A stretch of DNA of 39,016 nt from Gemmatimonadales bacterium (GTDB taxonomy: Bacteria; Gemmatimonadota; Gemmatimonadetes; Palauibacterales; KS3-K002): positions 1 to 39,016 of the forward strand of contig JASFTI010000003.1 in NCBI GenBank assembly GCA_050053635.1, in the 5' to 3' direction. Of the stretch, positions 1 to 10,191 are shown piece by piece. A program made the position numbers and the translations under genes. Position 1 is the first letter of the stretch. Every line of letters starts with the position of its first letter. The notes beneath the pieces were generated by a model. It ran no database searches and was not told where the DNA came from. It saw nothing but the letters and a program-made list of their open reading frames with translations.

Positions 1-211
1 GCGTCCCCCGCTCGCCGTGGAACCAGGCCAGCACACTGGTACCGGGGATGCCGAACAGGTAAAGGACGAGGACGATCTGGTACGTCAAGACCGGTAAGAG
101 CCCATGCCCTACGGCCTGGTCAACGCCTTCGAGTACAAGGAAACCGGCTGCGATCTAAGCGCCTAAGAACACGGAAACGCGGCGCTTACGCTGCTCGGCC
201 CAGAGTTTCAT
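1..211 (-). pseudogene. 5' part of a membrane-anchored protein (N-terminal transmembrane module of the kind found on TolB/TPR/adenylate-cyclase-like proteins) with an in-frame TAG at codon 19; runs off the left edge
   Basis: ATG at 211 with GGAGAGG RBS. Reads MKLWAEQRKRRVSVFLGA*IAAGFLVLEGVDQAVGHGLLPVLTYQIVLVLYLFGIPGTSVLAWFHGERGT. The TAG at 157-155 sits where the family pattern RRRV...AY has Tyr, and the frame stays open and hydrophobic after it. Confidence 0.6.
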
Positions 212-382
212 CCTCTCCTGCCCGCTGGTAAGATTCGAACTACGGTCGCGAAGGATGGCCAAGGCGACCCGGGTTCGCCAGGCAAGCTTCGAGACGCGAA
301 ACTCGGGACGGGATGCAGCGGTTTGTCTGGTGAACCCGACGCACATAGGATCGCCGGACAACCAGGGAGATACGGTAACGGG

Positions 383-1201
383 ATGGAGAAGCCTTTGGCT
401 GCAGATCGCGTCAAGCGCGCCGGTCGCGGGCCGTCGCTTCTGCCGCGCGAGCACGGTGCCTACGCTCAGCTAGGCTTTCCGCTGCTGACGGCGCTGGCGC
501 TCGGCGACCTACGCCTCGCTCCCCTCCTTCTGGTCGTCGGCATCATCGCCACCTTCCTCGTCCACGAACCGGTAATGGTCTTGAGTGGCGGGCGCGGGGG
601 TCGTGCGAAGCGCGAAGGGGGCGATCGGGCGCGCCGCCGCGGCGCCACCCTCGTCTCCGCCGCTGTGATCGCCGGTTTGAGCGGCTTGTGGTTGGCACCG
701 CCCCTCGCACGCTACTCGGCCGTCTTTCCCATCGCGCTGGGCCTGCTGCTCGCCCCGCTGACTCTCAACCGTCAAGAGAAGACTCTGATCGGCGAACTGC
801 TGGCTGCGGTCACGCTCTCGAGCACTATGATTCCGGTCGCCCTCGCCGGTGGGGCCGGCGTCTTCGAGACCCTGGTCGCCTTCGTCGTCTGGTCGGTGGT
901 CTTTTCTCTCGGCACAATAACGGTCCGAGCCATCATCGCCCGGGCGAAAAAGGCGACGCAGCCGTACCGGGCCGTACACCTGGCTCCCATGCTCAGCGCC
1001 ATCGCCATCGCCATCGCTCTGGGCCTCGCCATCGGCAGCGACGTTCCCCCGCTCGCCGCCGTGGCCGTCGTGCCCACGGCGTTCGCCGCCCTCATCTTCG
1101 GGCTGCTGGGCATCCATCCCCGCAACCTGCGGCGCCTGGGCTGGTCGCTGGTGGCGAGCAACGTCTTCGTGCTGGCCGCACTTCTCATCGGCCTCGCCTG
1201 A
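383..1201 (+). CDS. YwiC-like family membrane protein
   Basis: LLPREHGAYAQLGFPLL N-terminal motif and many TM segments. Start chosen at ATG 383 (ORF track starts at 323). Confidence 0.75.
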   Translation: MEKPLAADRVKRAGRGPSLLPREHGAYAQLGFPLLTALALGDLRLAPLLLVVGIIATFLVHEPVMVLSGGRGGRAKREGGDRARRRGATLVSAAVIAGLSGLWLAPPLARYSAVFPIALGLLLAPLTLNRQEKTLIGELLAAVTLSSTMIPVALAGGAGVFETLVAFVVWSVVFSLGTITVRAIIARAKKATQPYRAVHLAPMLSAIAIAIALGLAIGSDVPPLAAVAVVPTAFAALIFGLLGIHPRNLRRLGWSLVASNVFVLAALLIGLA

Positions 1202-1208
1202 CGGCTCT

Positions 1209-2129
1209 TTACCCCACGCGCTCTCGAACCGCGTTGTAGACCATTCGCGAGATGTCGGCGATCAAGTCTTCGGCGTAACCGTCGTGCCCCTCGCCACCCT
1301 TCGTCAGCACCACGAGCACGTAGACGTCTCCGTCGGCGAGATACACGATGCCACCATCGTGGCTGACATAATCGGGTATCCAGCCGGTCTTGTGTGCCAC
1401 CCGCGCGGCCGGCGGCAGGCCAGCGGGGATCTTGGTGTCGAACACCTGGTGCAGCAAGATCTCGATCATCTCACGGCCCGCCACACCGCCCACCGCTCGG
1501 CCTTCGGCTACCGCGGTGAAAATCACGCCCAGATCCCGGGCGGTCGTCGTGTTGCTCAGACCCACCCGGTACGCCTTGATATCCTCGACCCCGCGGAGAA
1601 CTTCGATGGAATCCGCGCCCAGTTCACGCATCGTCGCCGTCACCCGATCGGCACCCGCGTGCTCGATCAACATGTTCGTCGCCAGGTTGCTCGAGGCAGC
1701 GATCATCAGCTCGGTTAGTCGCCGCACGCTCTCCCGCTCTCCGACCCGGCGATAGAGCGTCGTGTCGCTATCGTCCGCTGCACCCAGCTCGTACGCCGAG
1801 CCGTCGACGATCGACTCGAATGTCCTCCTGATCGTCAGGCTGTCCTCGAGGCTCGATAGTCCCGCAGCGTGATCACGGAACAGCTGGATCATCACCGGCA
1901 CCTTCATCATGCTCGCCGCATGAACTCGGACGTCGCCGGCGATCAGCAGCGAGTCGCCGCTCACGAGATCCCTGAAGTAGACGCTGACGACTTCCGCTTC
2001 GCTTTCAGCGATGCGCGCCTCGATCCGGTCGCCAAGCGCGGCGAGCCGATCGCCGGTGCACCCGGCGGCGCAAACCAGGGCGGCGCAAAGTAGGCCACGC
2101 CAGGCGGCTATCCCAACGGTCACCTGCAT
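1209..2129 (-). CDS. Class A beta-lactamase-like serine hydrolase, probable lipoprotein
   Basis: SxxK (ASMMK), SxN (SSN) and KTG motifs. Signal peptide with lipobox-like LVCAAG-C. Start inferred at ATG 2129 inside the longer ORF 1209-2558. Confidence 0.8.
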   Translation of the reverse strand: MQVTVGIAAWRGLLCAALVCAAGCTGDRLAALGDRIEARIAESEAEVVSVYFRDLVSGDSLLIAGDVRVHAASMMKVPVMIQLFRDHAAGLSSLEDSLTIRRTFESIVDGSAYELGAADDSDTTLYRRVGERESVRRLTELMIAASSNLATNMLIEHAGADRVTATMRELGADSIEVLRGVEDIKAYRVGLSNTTTARDLGVIFTAVAEGRAVGGVAGREMIEILLHQVFDTKIPAGLPPAARVAHKTGWIPDYVSHDGGIVYLADGDVYVLVVLTKGGEGHDGYAEDLIADISRMVYNAVRERVG

Positions 2130-2232
2130 GAGCCAGATCCGATCCAGTTCAGCGGTTTGATGGCGCGGGGGCTGCGCTTTACGTTGCAGCCACTCTTCAG
2201 CAGCTGTCAATCGCCAGGAGACGGGGGGAGCC

Positions 2233-2879
2233 ATGACCCATCGCCGTGTCTTCATCAAGCCCTGGCCGCCGTAACCGGCGCCTCCGGTTTGGGAAGTCTG
2301 CTGGCGATCGAGGAGGCGTTCGCCGAGGAGCGGCGAAAGCTGCCCCGCGCCGCTGCGAACGGGTCGACGGCGCTCCGCGACCGCTACATGCTCAGCCCCG
2401 AGGTCACCTACCTGAATCACGGTTCGATCGGGACGATCCCGCGGGCCGTGCACGAGGCACGCGCCGCCTACCTCGAGATCTGCGAGACCAACCCCTGGCT
2501 CTATATGTGGAGCGGTGCCTGGGAGGACCTGGCCCTCGGCGACGCCATCGACTTCCACGAGGCGCTGGGCCGCAAGTGGAAGGAAGAGCGCTGCGCCGCG
2601 CTCTGGGAGCGCCTCCGCCTCATGGCCGACGAATCCGACCGCGTCGCCTGGCGGTCACCGCGGTCGTGGCCCGCCTCCGCCTCCCTCTTCGCCCTCGAGA
2701 TCCGCGGGACCGACAGCCAGGACGTCTTCGATTTCATCCACCGGGAACACGGATTCGTCTTCCGGCCGTTTAACACCCAGGGGCTGAATACGGTCAGAAT
2801 CTGGCCTAACGTGTACAATACGGAGGAGGAGGTTGCGCGGTACTTCGAGCACGCGGGGTCGGTGAACGGTGGTCGGTAG
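2233..2879 (+). pseudogene. Tat-signal class V PLP aminotransferase (isopenicillin N epimerase/cysteine desulfurase-like), frameshifted and internally deleted
   Basis: GGGGGAG RBS then ATG 2233 gives MTHRRVFIK, which goes out of frame before ALAAVTGASG...AFA. YLNHGSIG N-terminal motif and VRIxPNVYNTEEE C-terminal motif are present, but the PLP-binding core (DxxQ, SxxK) is missing between GAWED and LALGDAIDFH. Confidence 0.7.
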
Positions 2880-2977
2880 TCGGTAGTCAGTGTTCGGTCA
2901 CCTGAGATCGGTAGGCCAGCAGACGGCAGTTTACGTACAACCACCGGCTACCGACCACTTACAACCGACTACTGGTC
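2857..2977. repeat. Inverted array of degenerate heptamer repeats (RGTCGGT / ACCGACY)
   Basis: Left arm ggtcggt-gaacggt-ggtcggt-agtcggt-agtcagt-gttcggt (2857-2898). Right arm accggct-accgacc-acttaca-accgact-actggtc (2943-2977) is made of reverse-complement units. Confidence 0.7.
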
Positions 2978-3044
2978 CCCGTGCACAATCCTGATACTAT
3001 TGGGAGACTTTACATCCGTTAAGGACCGACAAGCAGGTAGTACC

Positions 3045-4961
3045 ATGAGCGCGAATAGCCCCGACGTCGGCGCTGCCGAGCCCAGCGGCTCCGGCGGTGG
3101 CCCCGCGCCTGTCGGCGGCCCGCGACCCCGGGAGATCCGCGACGAGATCGTCATCCGTTTCGCCGGCGACTCGGGTGACGGCATCCAGCTGACCGGCACC
3201 CAGTTCGCCATCGAGAGCGCGCTGGCCGGCAGCGATATCGCCACCTTCCCCGACTATCCCGCCGAGATCAGGGCACCCGCCGGCACCACCTACGGTGTTT
3301 CGGCCTTCCAGGTCCACTTCGGGTCCGTCGACATCAAGACGTCGGGCGACGAGCTGGACGTGCTGGTCGCCTTCAACCCGGCGGCGCTCAAGGTGAACCT
3401 GCACGACCTGCGGATCGGCGGTATGGTGATCGCCGACGAGAGTTCGTTCACCGACCGCAACCTTAGGAAAGCCGACTACGAGTCGAGTCCGCTGGAAGAC
3501 GACACACTGGCGCGCTTCCAACTGATCAAGCTGGACATCACGCGCCTAACCGAGGAGGCGGTCAAGGAGTTCGGACTCAGCGCCAAGGAGGCACGGCGTT
3601 CCCGCAACCTGTGGGCGCTGGGCCTGATGCTCTGGATGTACGGGCGCGACCGAACGGCGACGATCGATTGGCTGAAGGCCAAGTTCGGCAAGAATCCGGA
3701 CATCATGAACGCCAACATCGCCGCTCTGAACGCCGGGCACGCCTTCGGCGAAACGGCGGAGATGCCCAGCGACGTCGTCGGCTACACGGTGGCGGCGGCG
3801 GATGTCGAACCGGGACTCTACCGCACGATCACCGGCACCGAGGCCACCGCCTACGGCCTGCTCGCCGGCGCCCGCGCCGCCGGGCTCGGCCGCATCGTCT
3901 TCGGATCCTATCCCATCACCCCGGCCTCGCCGCTGCTCCACGCCATGGCCCGGCTCGCCGAGTACGGGGTCGTCACTTTCCAGGCGGAGGACGAGATCGC
4001 CGCCATCTGCTCGGCGATCGGCGCCTCGTACAGTGGCGCTCTGGGAGTGACCTCCAGCTCCGGCGCCGGCGTCGCCCTCAAGACCGAGGCGGCCGGACTC
4101 GCGGTCGGAACCGAGTTGCCGCTCATCATCGTAAACGCACAGCGGGCCGGGCCCTCGACCGGCATGCCCACCAAGGCCGAACAGGCCGACCTCCTGCAAG
4201 CGCTGCACGGCCGGCACGGCGACGCACCGCTGGCCGTGGTGGCGGCGGCGACACCCGGCGACTCGTTCGAGGTCGCAATGGAGGCGGTCCGCTTGGCGAC
4301 AAAGTACATGACGCCGGTCTTCCTACTCTCCGATGCGTACCTGATGAACGCAGCGGAGCCCTGGGCGATACCGGACGTCGATGGGCTGCCCAGCTTTCCG
4401 GTCAGGTTCAGGACCGACCCCGAGGGCTTCCACCCGTTCCTGCGTGACCCGGCGACGCTGGCCCGGCCGTGGGCCAAGCCCGGCACGCCGGGCCTCGAGC
4501 ACCGGGTCGGCGGCCTCGAGCGCGACTACGAGACCGGCGACATCTCGTACGACCCCGAGAACCACGCGCGGATGACCGAGGCACGCGCCGCCAAGATCGC
4601 CCGGATCGCGGACGACATCCCGCTCCAGAGGCCCGAGATGGGTCCCGAGAAGGGCGCCATGGCGGTCGTCGGCTGGGGCTCGACCTACGGTCCTATATAT
4701 CAGGGCGTCGGCCGAGCGCGCGAAGAAGGCTTCGACGTCGCCCACATCCATCTCCGCTACCTCTCACCCTTCCCGCGCAACCTGGGTGACCTGCTCGGCG
4801 GCTACGGCCAGATCCTGGTACCGGAGATGAACCACGGCCAGCTCGTAACGCTATTGCGCAGCGAGTTCCTGATACCGGGTGAGCCGTTGACGAAGGTGAA
4901 GGGTCAGCCGTTCAAGATCGCCGAGATCCACGAGGCGATCGTCTCTAGACTGAAGACGTGA
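3045..4961 (+). CDS. korA: 2-oxoacid:ferredoxin oxidoreductase subunit alpha (gamma-alpha fusion, KorA type)
   Basis: IRFAGDSGDG, YPAEIRAPAG, YPITP, QAEDEIAA, QRAGPSTGMPTK and VPEMNHGQL motifs. Confidence 0.93.
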   Translation: MSANSPDVGAAEPSGSGGGPAPVGGPRPREIRDEIVIRFAGDSGDGIQLTGTQFAIESALAGSDIATFPDYPAEIRAPAGTTYGVSAFQVHFGSVDIKTSGDELDVLVAFNPAALKVNLHDLRIGGMVIADESSFTDRNLRKADYESSPLEDDTLARFQLIKLDITRLTEEAVKEFGLSAKEARRSRNLWALGLMLWMYGRDRTATIDWLKAKFGKNPDIMNANIAALNAGHAFGETAEMPSDVVGYTVAAADVEPGLYRTITGTEATAYGLLAGARAAGLGRIVFGSYPITPASPLLHAMARLAEYGVVTFQAEDEIAAICSAIGASYSGALGVTSSSGAGVALKTEAAGLAVGTELPLIIVNAQRAGPSTGMPTKAEQADLLQALHGRHGDAPLAVVAAATPGDSFEVAMEAVRLATKYMTPVFLLSDAYLMNAAEPWAIPDVDGLPSFPVRFRTDPEGFHPFLRDPATLARPWAKPGTPGLEHRVGGLERDYETGDISYDPENHARMTEARAAKIARIADDIPLQRPEMGPEKGAMAVVGWGSTYGPIYQGVGRAREEGFDVAHIHLRYLSPFPRNLGDLLGGYGQILVPEMNHGQLVTLLRSEFLIPGEPLTKVKGQPFKIAEIHEAIVSRLKT

Positions 4962-4962
4962 T

Positions 4963-5985
<1,023 letters not shown>

Positions 5986-5995
5986 GCGCCTACTG

Positions 5996-6439
5996 CTAGA
6001 ACGTCACCACCACCCAATCACCCTTGAGCATCTCGGTGAGCGGCTCGCCCATGTACCTTACCTCGACGCCTAGCTCTTCCAACTTACCGGATACTCCGTA
6101 GCTGTCGGCGCACGCCTTACACGCGACCAGCTCTACCTCCGCTTCCTCCATCTCGGCGACCGCCGCCTGCAGCTCCTCATCGACAGAGAGGAGCTTCGAG
6201 GATGGCCCCCAGACGATGAGTTGGACCTCCTCGAACCAGGCGCGTCGCTTGGCGTTCAGGGTGTACATGAAGACCATCTTCAACGCCACGTCCCGCTCGC
6301 CGCTCGTCCACAGTACAGCGAGCCGCGACGGCTCGCCCGACGCATCCTGCCCCGACGCGGCTGGCTGGCTCGCCAGCGTTCCCGCGGCGAAGGCGCCGAC
6401 GCACGCCACGAGCACCGCGATTTGCCTTAAACTGCTCAC
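5996..6439 (-). CDS. DsrE-family protein with N-terminal signal peptide
   Basis: LAVLWTSG, VQLIVWGPS and VACKACAD motifs. GTG start at 6439 with GAGGAGG RBS, followed by hydrophobic SLRQIAVLVACVGAFAAGTLA. Confidence 0.75.
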   Translation of the reverse strand: MSSLRQIAVLVACVGAFAAGTLASQPAASGQDASGEPSRLAVLWTSGERDVALKMVFMYTLNAKRRAWFEEVQLIVWGPSSKLLSVDEELQAAVAEMEEAEVELVACKACADSYGVSGKLEELGVEVRYMGEPLTEMLKGDWVVVTF

Positions 6440-6477
6440 GCTTCCTCCTCTCGGACCACCGTTCCCGATGCCGGGCC

Positions 6478-6506
6478 TTGACCCTATCCCTGTAATAGAG
6501 CATGAT
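6478..6506 (+). promoter_or_regulatory. Putative sigma70 promoter for the cytidylate-kinase-like pair
   Basis: TTGACC - 17 bp - CATGAT, 58 bp upstream of the GTG at 6565. Confidence 0.45.
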
Positions 6507-6564
6507 CGAACATTCGCATCCCAGCAAAATGAGCTGTCCACGAGGCGCCTGAAAGGACCGAAGC

Positions 6565-7212
6565 GTGGCGATCATTACGATCTCGCGGGGTACGATGAGC
6601 GGAGGCCGCGCCACGGCGGAGTGTCTTGCCGACGCGCTCAAGTATCCCTGCGTCGGGCGCGAGATCCTTCAGGAGGCCGCCCGCAAGCTGGGGGCGTCCG
6701 AGGAGAATCTGAGCGGCAAGCTCGAGGCGCCACCCTCGCGTTGGGCTCGCCTGACACAGGAGCGCAAGACCTATCTGCTCGCGGTGCAGACCGCCCTGGC
6801 GGAGCGCTGTGTCGGCGGCGATCTGGTCTACCACGGGCTGGCCGGGCAATTCCTGCTGCGAGACCTTCCCGGCGTGCTGGCTGCGCGGCTCATCGCACCG
6901 CTCGAGGTGCGCATCCAGGCATTGATGGATTCACACCACCGCATGACCCGTAAGGTAGCCGAGGATTTCATTCACAATGTGGACGAAGATCGCAGGCGAT
7001 GGGTCAAGCTGATGTACAAGGCCGACGTCGAGGACCCTGCGTTGTACGATCTGACCGTCAACCTTCAGTCGATCTCTTTCGATACGGCGTGCGAGATCAT
7101 CGCGGAAGCGGCTGCACAGCCGCAATTCGAGGTGACCGACGAGGTGAAGAAGAAGCTCGAAACCTTTGCCAGCACGTGCCGTGAACAGCTCCGGCGGGCA
7201 GGAGAGAGCTGA
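6565..7212 (+). CDS. Cytidylate kinase-like family protein (Cytidylate_kin2 type)
   Basis: N-terminal IITISRGTMSGG degenerate P-loop; VYHGLAG, RLIAPLEVR, D..RRRW and DPALYDLTVN motifs. Confidence 0.8.
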   Translation: MAIITISRGTMSGGRATAECLADALKYPCVGREILQEAARKLGASEENLSGKLEAPPSRWARLTQERKTYLLAVQTALAERCVGGDLVYHGLAGQFLLRDLPGVLAARLIAPLEVRIQALMDSHHRMTRKVAEDFIHNVDEDRRRWVKLMYKADVEDPALYDLTVNLQSISFDTACEIIAEAAAQPQFEVTDEVKKKLETFASTCREQLRRAGES

Positions 7213-7215
7213 GGC

Positions 7216-8034
7216 GTGGCAATCATCGCGATTTCTCGGGGCACGCAAAGCGGCGGCCGAAGAATGGCGGAATGCCTTGCCGACCAGCTTCAGTACCCCG
7301 TCGTAGCGCGCGAGATCATTCGAGAGGCGGCTTCCGAGCTCGATGTTTCCGAGCAGGAACTGAGCCGAGCGATGGACCGCGCACCGAGGTTGTGGTCCCG
7401 ACACGCGTCGGCGCGGCGCGTCTACATCGCGATGGTTCAGGCAGCCCTCGCCGAACACATCGTCGGCGGAGATCTGATCTATCACGGACGCGCCGGCCAA
7501 CTGCTCCTCGCGGGTCTGCCCGCCGTCTTGCGCGTGCGCCTGATCGCCCCCATCGGCGATCGAGTATGTGCACTGCTGGAGAGCGACGAAATGACTCCTA
7601 CATCGGCGGAGGAGTACATCCGGCACGTCGACGAGGCACGGGCACGCTGGGTCAAGATGATGTACGGTCAAGACATCGAGGACCCGCAGCTTTACGACAT
7701 GGTGATCAACCTGAAGACCCTGTCGGTGCCCGCCGCCTGCAATATTGTGACGCGGGCCGCTCGCCGGCCGGATTTCGCCGTCACCCCCGAGGTGAAGGCG
7801 CAGCTCATGGATTTCCGCGTCGCCTGTCGGGTCAGAGTCGCTCTGCTAAGCGAACGCCAGACCCGCGCCCACGATCTCCAGATCGAGGCGCACGGCGGAG
7901 TAGTCGATGTATCCGGTACTGCCCCCGCCCTGAAGTCCGGTCGGATGGGAGAACAGATCGTGGAGATCGCTCGCTCGGTCCCCGGCGTGGAGGAGGTTCG
8001 CCTGAAGGTCGAGTGGTTTGACCCGTATCCCTGA
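7216..8034 (+). CDS. Cytidylate kinase-like protein with C-terminal BON domain
   Basis: Paralogue of the upstream gene (IIAISRGTQSGG, YHGRAG, DPQLYDMVIN). C-terminal RVRVAL...IEAHGGVVDVSG...IARSVPGVEEV is BON-like. Confidence 0.78.
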   Translation: MAIIAISRGTQSGGRRMAECLADQLQYPVVAREIIREAASELDVSEQELSRAMDRAPRLWSRHASARRVYIAMVQAALAEHIVGGDLIYHGRAGQLLLAGLPAVLRVRLIAPIGDRVCALLESDEMTPTSAEEYIRHVDEARARWVKMMYGQDIEDPQLYDMVINLKTLSVPAACNIVTRAARRPDFAVTPEVKAQLMDFRVACRVRVALLSERQTRAHDLQIEAHGGVVDVSGTAPALKSGRMGEQIVEIARSVPGVEEVRLKVEWFDPYP

Positions 8035-8056
8035 TCGCCCGCACCCGTAGCTGCTT

Positions 8057-9616
8057 CTATAGCAGGACCGGCATCCCCATCGCCGGCCAGATCACCCAGA
8101 CAAACAGCGCCAGCACGACGAGTAGCAGCAGGCTGGCCGGAATCCCGGCCCGCAAGAATTCTCCGGTGGTGAACTGATTGCTCGCATAGGCGATAGCGTT
8201 CGGGGCCGCACCGACCAGTAGCAGAAAGGGCATCCCAGCGGTAACGAGCGAAGCGAAGAGGATCACCTCGGGAGCGACCCCGACATACGGGGCGATGACC
8301 AAGGCCACCGGGACAGTGATGGCGATGGCCGCGACGTTCATGATCAGATTGGTCATCACCATTACGAACGTCGCAACACCCAGCACGAAGAGCAGCCAGT
8401 GGGCGCCATGCAGCAGGCCCAGCCACTTGACCGCCAGCCACTCCGCCGCCCCCGTCTGCCACAGGCAGAACCCGATGCTCATCGCGCCGCCGAACAGCAA
8501 CACGATGTTCCACGAAGTACGCTCCAGATCCTCCAACGACACGACCCGGAACACGAAAAAGAGAACCCCCGCCACGAGGATGATCGCGCTCTTGTCGAGA
8601 GGCTCCAGCGCCGGGACAAAAGACCGGAGACTCAACACCACGATCGTCGACAGCACGATCAACACGGCCATGATTTCGTTGCGGCTGATCGGGCCCAGCC
8701 TGGCATACAGGCTCTGCACACGCTCCCGCAGGCCCGGGATCGTCTTCTCCTCCGGCGGATAGTAGACCATGAAGTAGATCCAGAGCAGGACCGTCATCAC
8801 CACGCCGACCGGAAGCATGTAATAGCTCAGCTCGAAGAAGCTGATCTGGCGGCCCGAGATGTCCCGGAAGAACCCGATCGCCACCGCGCCGCGGGCCGCG
8901 CCCAGCAGGGTGATGATGCTACCCGCGCCAGCGACAAAGGCCATCCCCATGAACAGTCCTTTACCGAATCGCGTCGGCTCGCTCTCCTCCGTATACAGGG
9001 CGTAGATAGCCAGGAACAGTGGGAAGACCGTGGCGGCCACGGCCGTGTGCGCCATCACCAGCGTCAGTGACGCCGTCATGACGTAGCAGCCAAGATAGAT
9101 CATGCTCGTCCGCTCTCCCACCAGCGATAGCATCTTGTACGCCAGCCGCCGTGTGAGACCCGTCTTGGTGAAGACCATCCCGAAGACCAGCGAGCCGAAA
9201 ATGAACCATACCGACGGATCCATGAAATCGGTGAAAGCGACACGCGCGGGCCGAATCAAGAACAGCGCTTGGACCACGCCGATCGCGATGCTGGTCACCC
9301 CGATTGGGACAACCTCGGTGACCCACCACGTCGCTGCGAGGAAGAACAGCGCCAACGCCGCCTTACCCTCCCGCGTCAGGGCGAAGACTTCGCCCTGTGG
9401 GTCCACCGCGGCGTCAGGCAGGGGCGCGAAGTACACGAGGGTGAAGAGAACCACACCCAGCAGGATGAAGCCGACCCTCTTCCAGTCGGTCTGCTCGACC
9501 TCTTCGGCCCTCTTAGGGCGTGCCAACTCCACACCCCCCAACCCACTCTCTGGAGCGGACTTGGAAGCGGCGCCGGGCACAACCGTTACTCTCTCGGACG
9601 ATGCCTCATCGGTCAT
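8057..9616 (-). CDS. SLC13/DASS family anion transporter (probable sodium:sulfate symporter)
   Basis: WWVTEVVPIGVTS, HTAVAA, GSIITLLGAARG, WNIVLLFGGA, MNVAAIA and GAAPNAIAY; many TM helices. The substrate is inferred from context. Confidence 0.85.
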   Translation of the reverse strand: MTDEASSERVTVVPGAASKSAPESGLGGVELARPKRAEEVEQTDWKRVGFILLGVVLFTLVYFAPLPDAAVDPQGEVFALTREGKAALALFFLAATWWVTEVVPIGVTSIAIGVVQALFLIRPARVAFTDFMDPSVWFIFGSLVFGMVFTKTGLTRRLAYKMLSLVGERTSMIYLGCYVMTASLTLVMAHTAVAATVFPLFLAIYALYTEESEPTRFGKGLFMGMAFVAGAGSIITLLGAARGAVAIGFFRDISGRQISFFELSYYMLPVGVVMTVLLWIYFMVYYPPEEKTIPGLRERVQSLYARLGPISRNEIMAVLIVLSTIVVLSLRSFVPALEPLDKSAIILVAGVLFFVFRVVSLEDLERTSWNIVLLFGGAMSIGFCLWQTGAAEWLAVKWLGLLHGAHWLLFVLGVATFVMVMTNLIMNVAAIAITVPVALVIAPYVGVAPEVILFASLVTAGMPFLLLVGAAPNAIAYASNQFTTGEFLRAGIPASLLLLVVLALFVWVIWPAMGMPVLL

Positions 9617-9658
9617 GGTAGTGACGACCTCGCGAGCGGCCTCGGGATGAGGCCACGC

Positions 9659-10186
9659 CTATCTCACCAGTTGGGCCAGGTCGTGAAACACATCCACCGA
9701 CCGCACGACCCCCACGAGTTTCCCTTCCTGAAGCACCGGAATCAGGTTCACATCTAATGCTACCATCGCTTGGACTGCCTTCATGACGTGATCCTCGGCG
9801 TCGAGGATCGTAACGATCGGCTGCATCACGTCGCTCACCGGCCTGTTCGCCTGCTCCCTGATCCCTCGTACGACCCGATCGTAGGACAGCTCTGCCAGAT
9901 TGGGATCGACGTCTATGTCAAACAACTTCTTCTTGTATTCCAGTGGCTTGCTCAGCAAGTACTTCGGCTCCAAGCCCCGCATGATGTCACGGCGCCGGAC
10001 GGTCCCGACCAGCACGTTGATCTCATCGAAAACCAGGAGTACGCGAGGCAGAGACTTGCGCAGTTCAACCTCCAGCTGTGCCTCCTCGATCGTCACGATC
10101 GCTTCCCGCAGCGTGGCGTTGTCTCGCACCGACGGGTACTCCTCCACCGGAATCATGACTTCCCTGACCCGCCTCATGGCTTCCAC
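9659..10186 (-). CDS. CBS-domain protein
   Basis: VREVMIP...ATLREA and VSDVMQP...IPVLQEGKLVGVVRSVDV form a CBS pair. Confidence 0.85.
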   Translation of the reverse strand: MEAMRRVREVMIPVEEYPSVRDNATLREAIVTIEEAQLEVELRKSLPRVLLVFDEINVLVGTVRRRDIMRGLEPKYLLSKPLEYKKKLFDIDVDPNLAELSYDRVVRGIREQANRPVSDVMQPIVTILDAEDHVMKAVQAMVALDVNLIPVLQEGKLVGVVRSVDVFHDLAQLVR

Positions 10187-10191
10187 GTTCT

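Noticed and set aside
219-250. tRNA T-loop-like sequence (minus strand GTTCGAATC) as a possible tRNA or att site
   Set aside because: The T-stem does not pair properly, there is no cloverleaf or CCA end, and no integrase is nearby.
2130-2558. Long N-terminal extension of the beta-lactamase-like ORF
   Set aside because: It is antisense to the aminotransferase remnant, and the signal peptide begins near 2129.
5996-6439. DsrE as evidence of an oxidative dsrEFH system
   Set aside because: It is a single gene with a signal peptide, has no dsrF or dsrH partners, and lies far from dsrAB.
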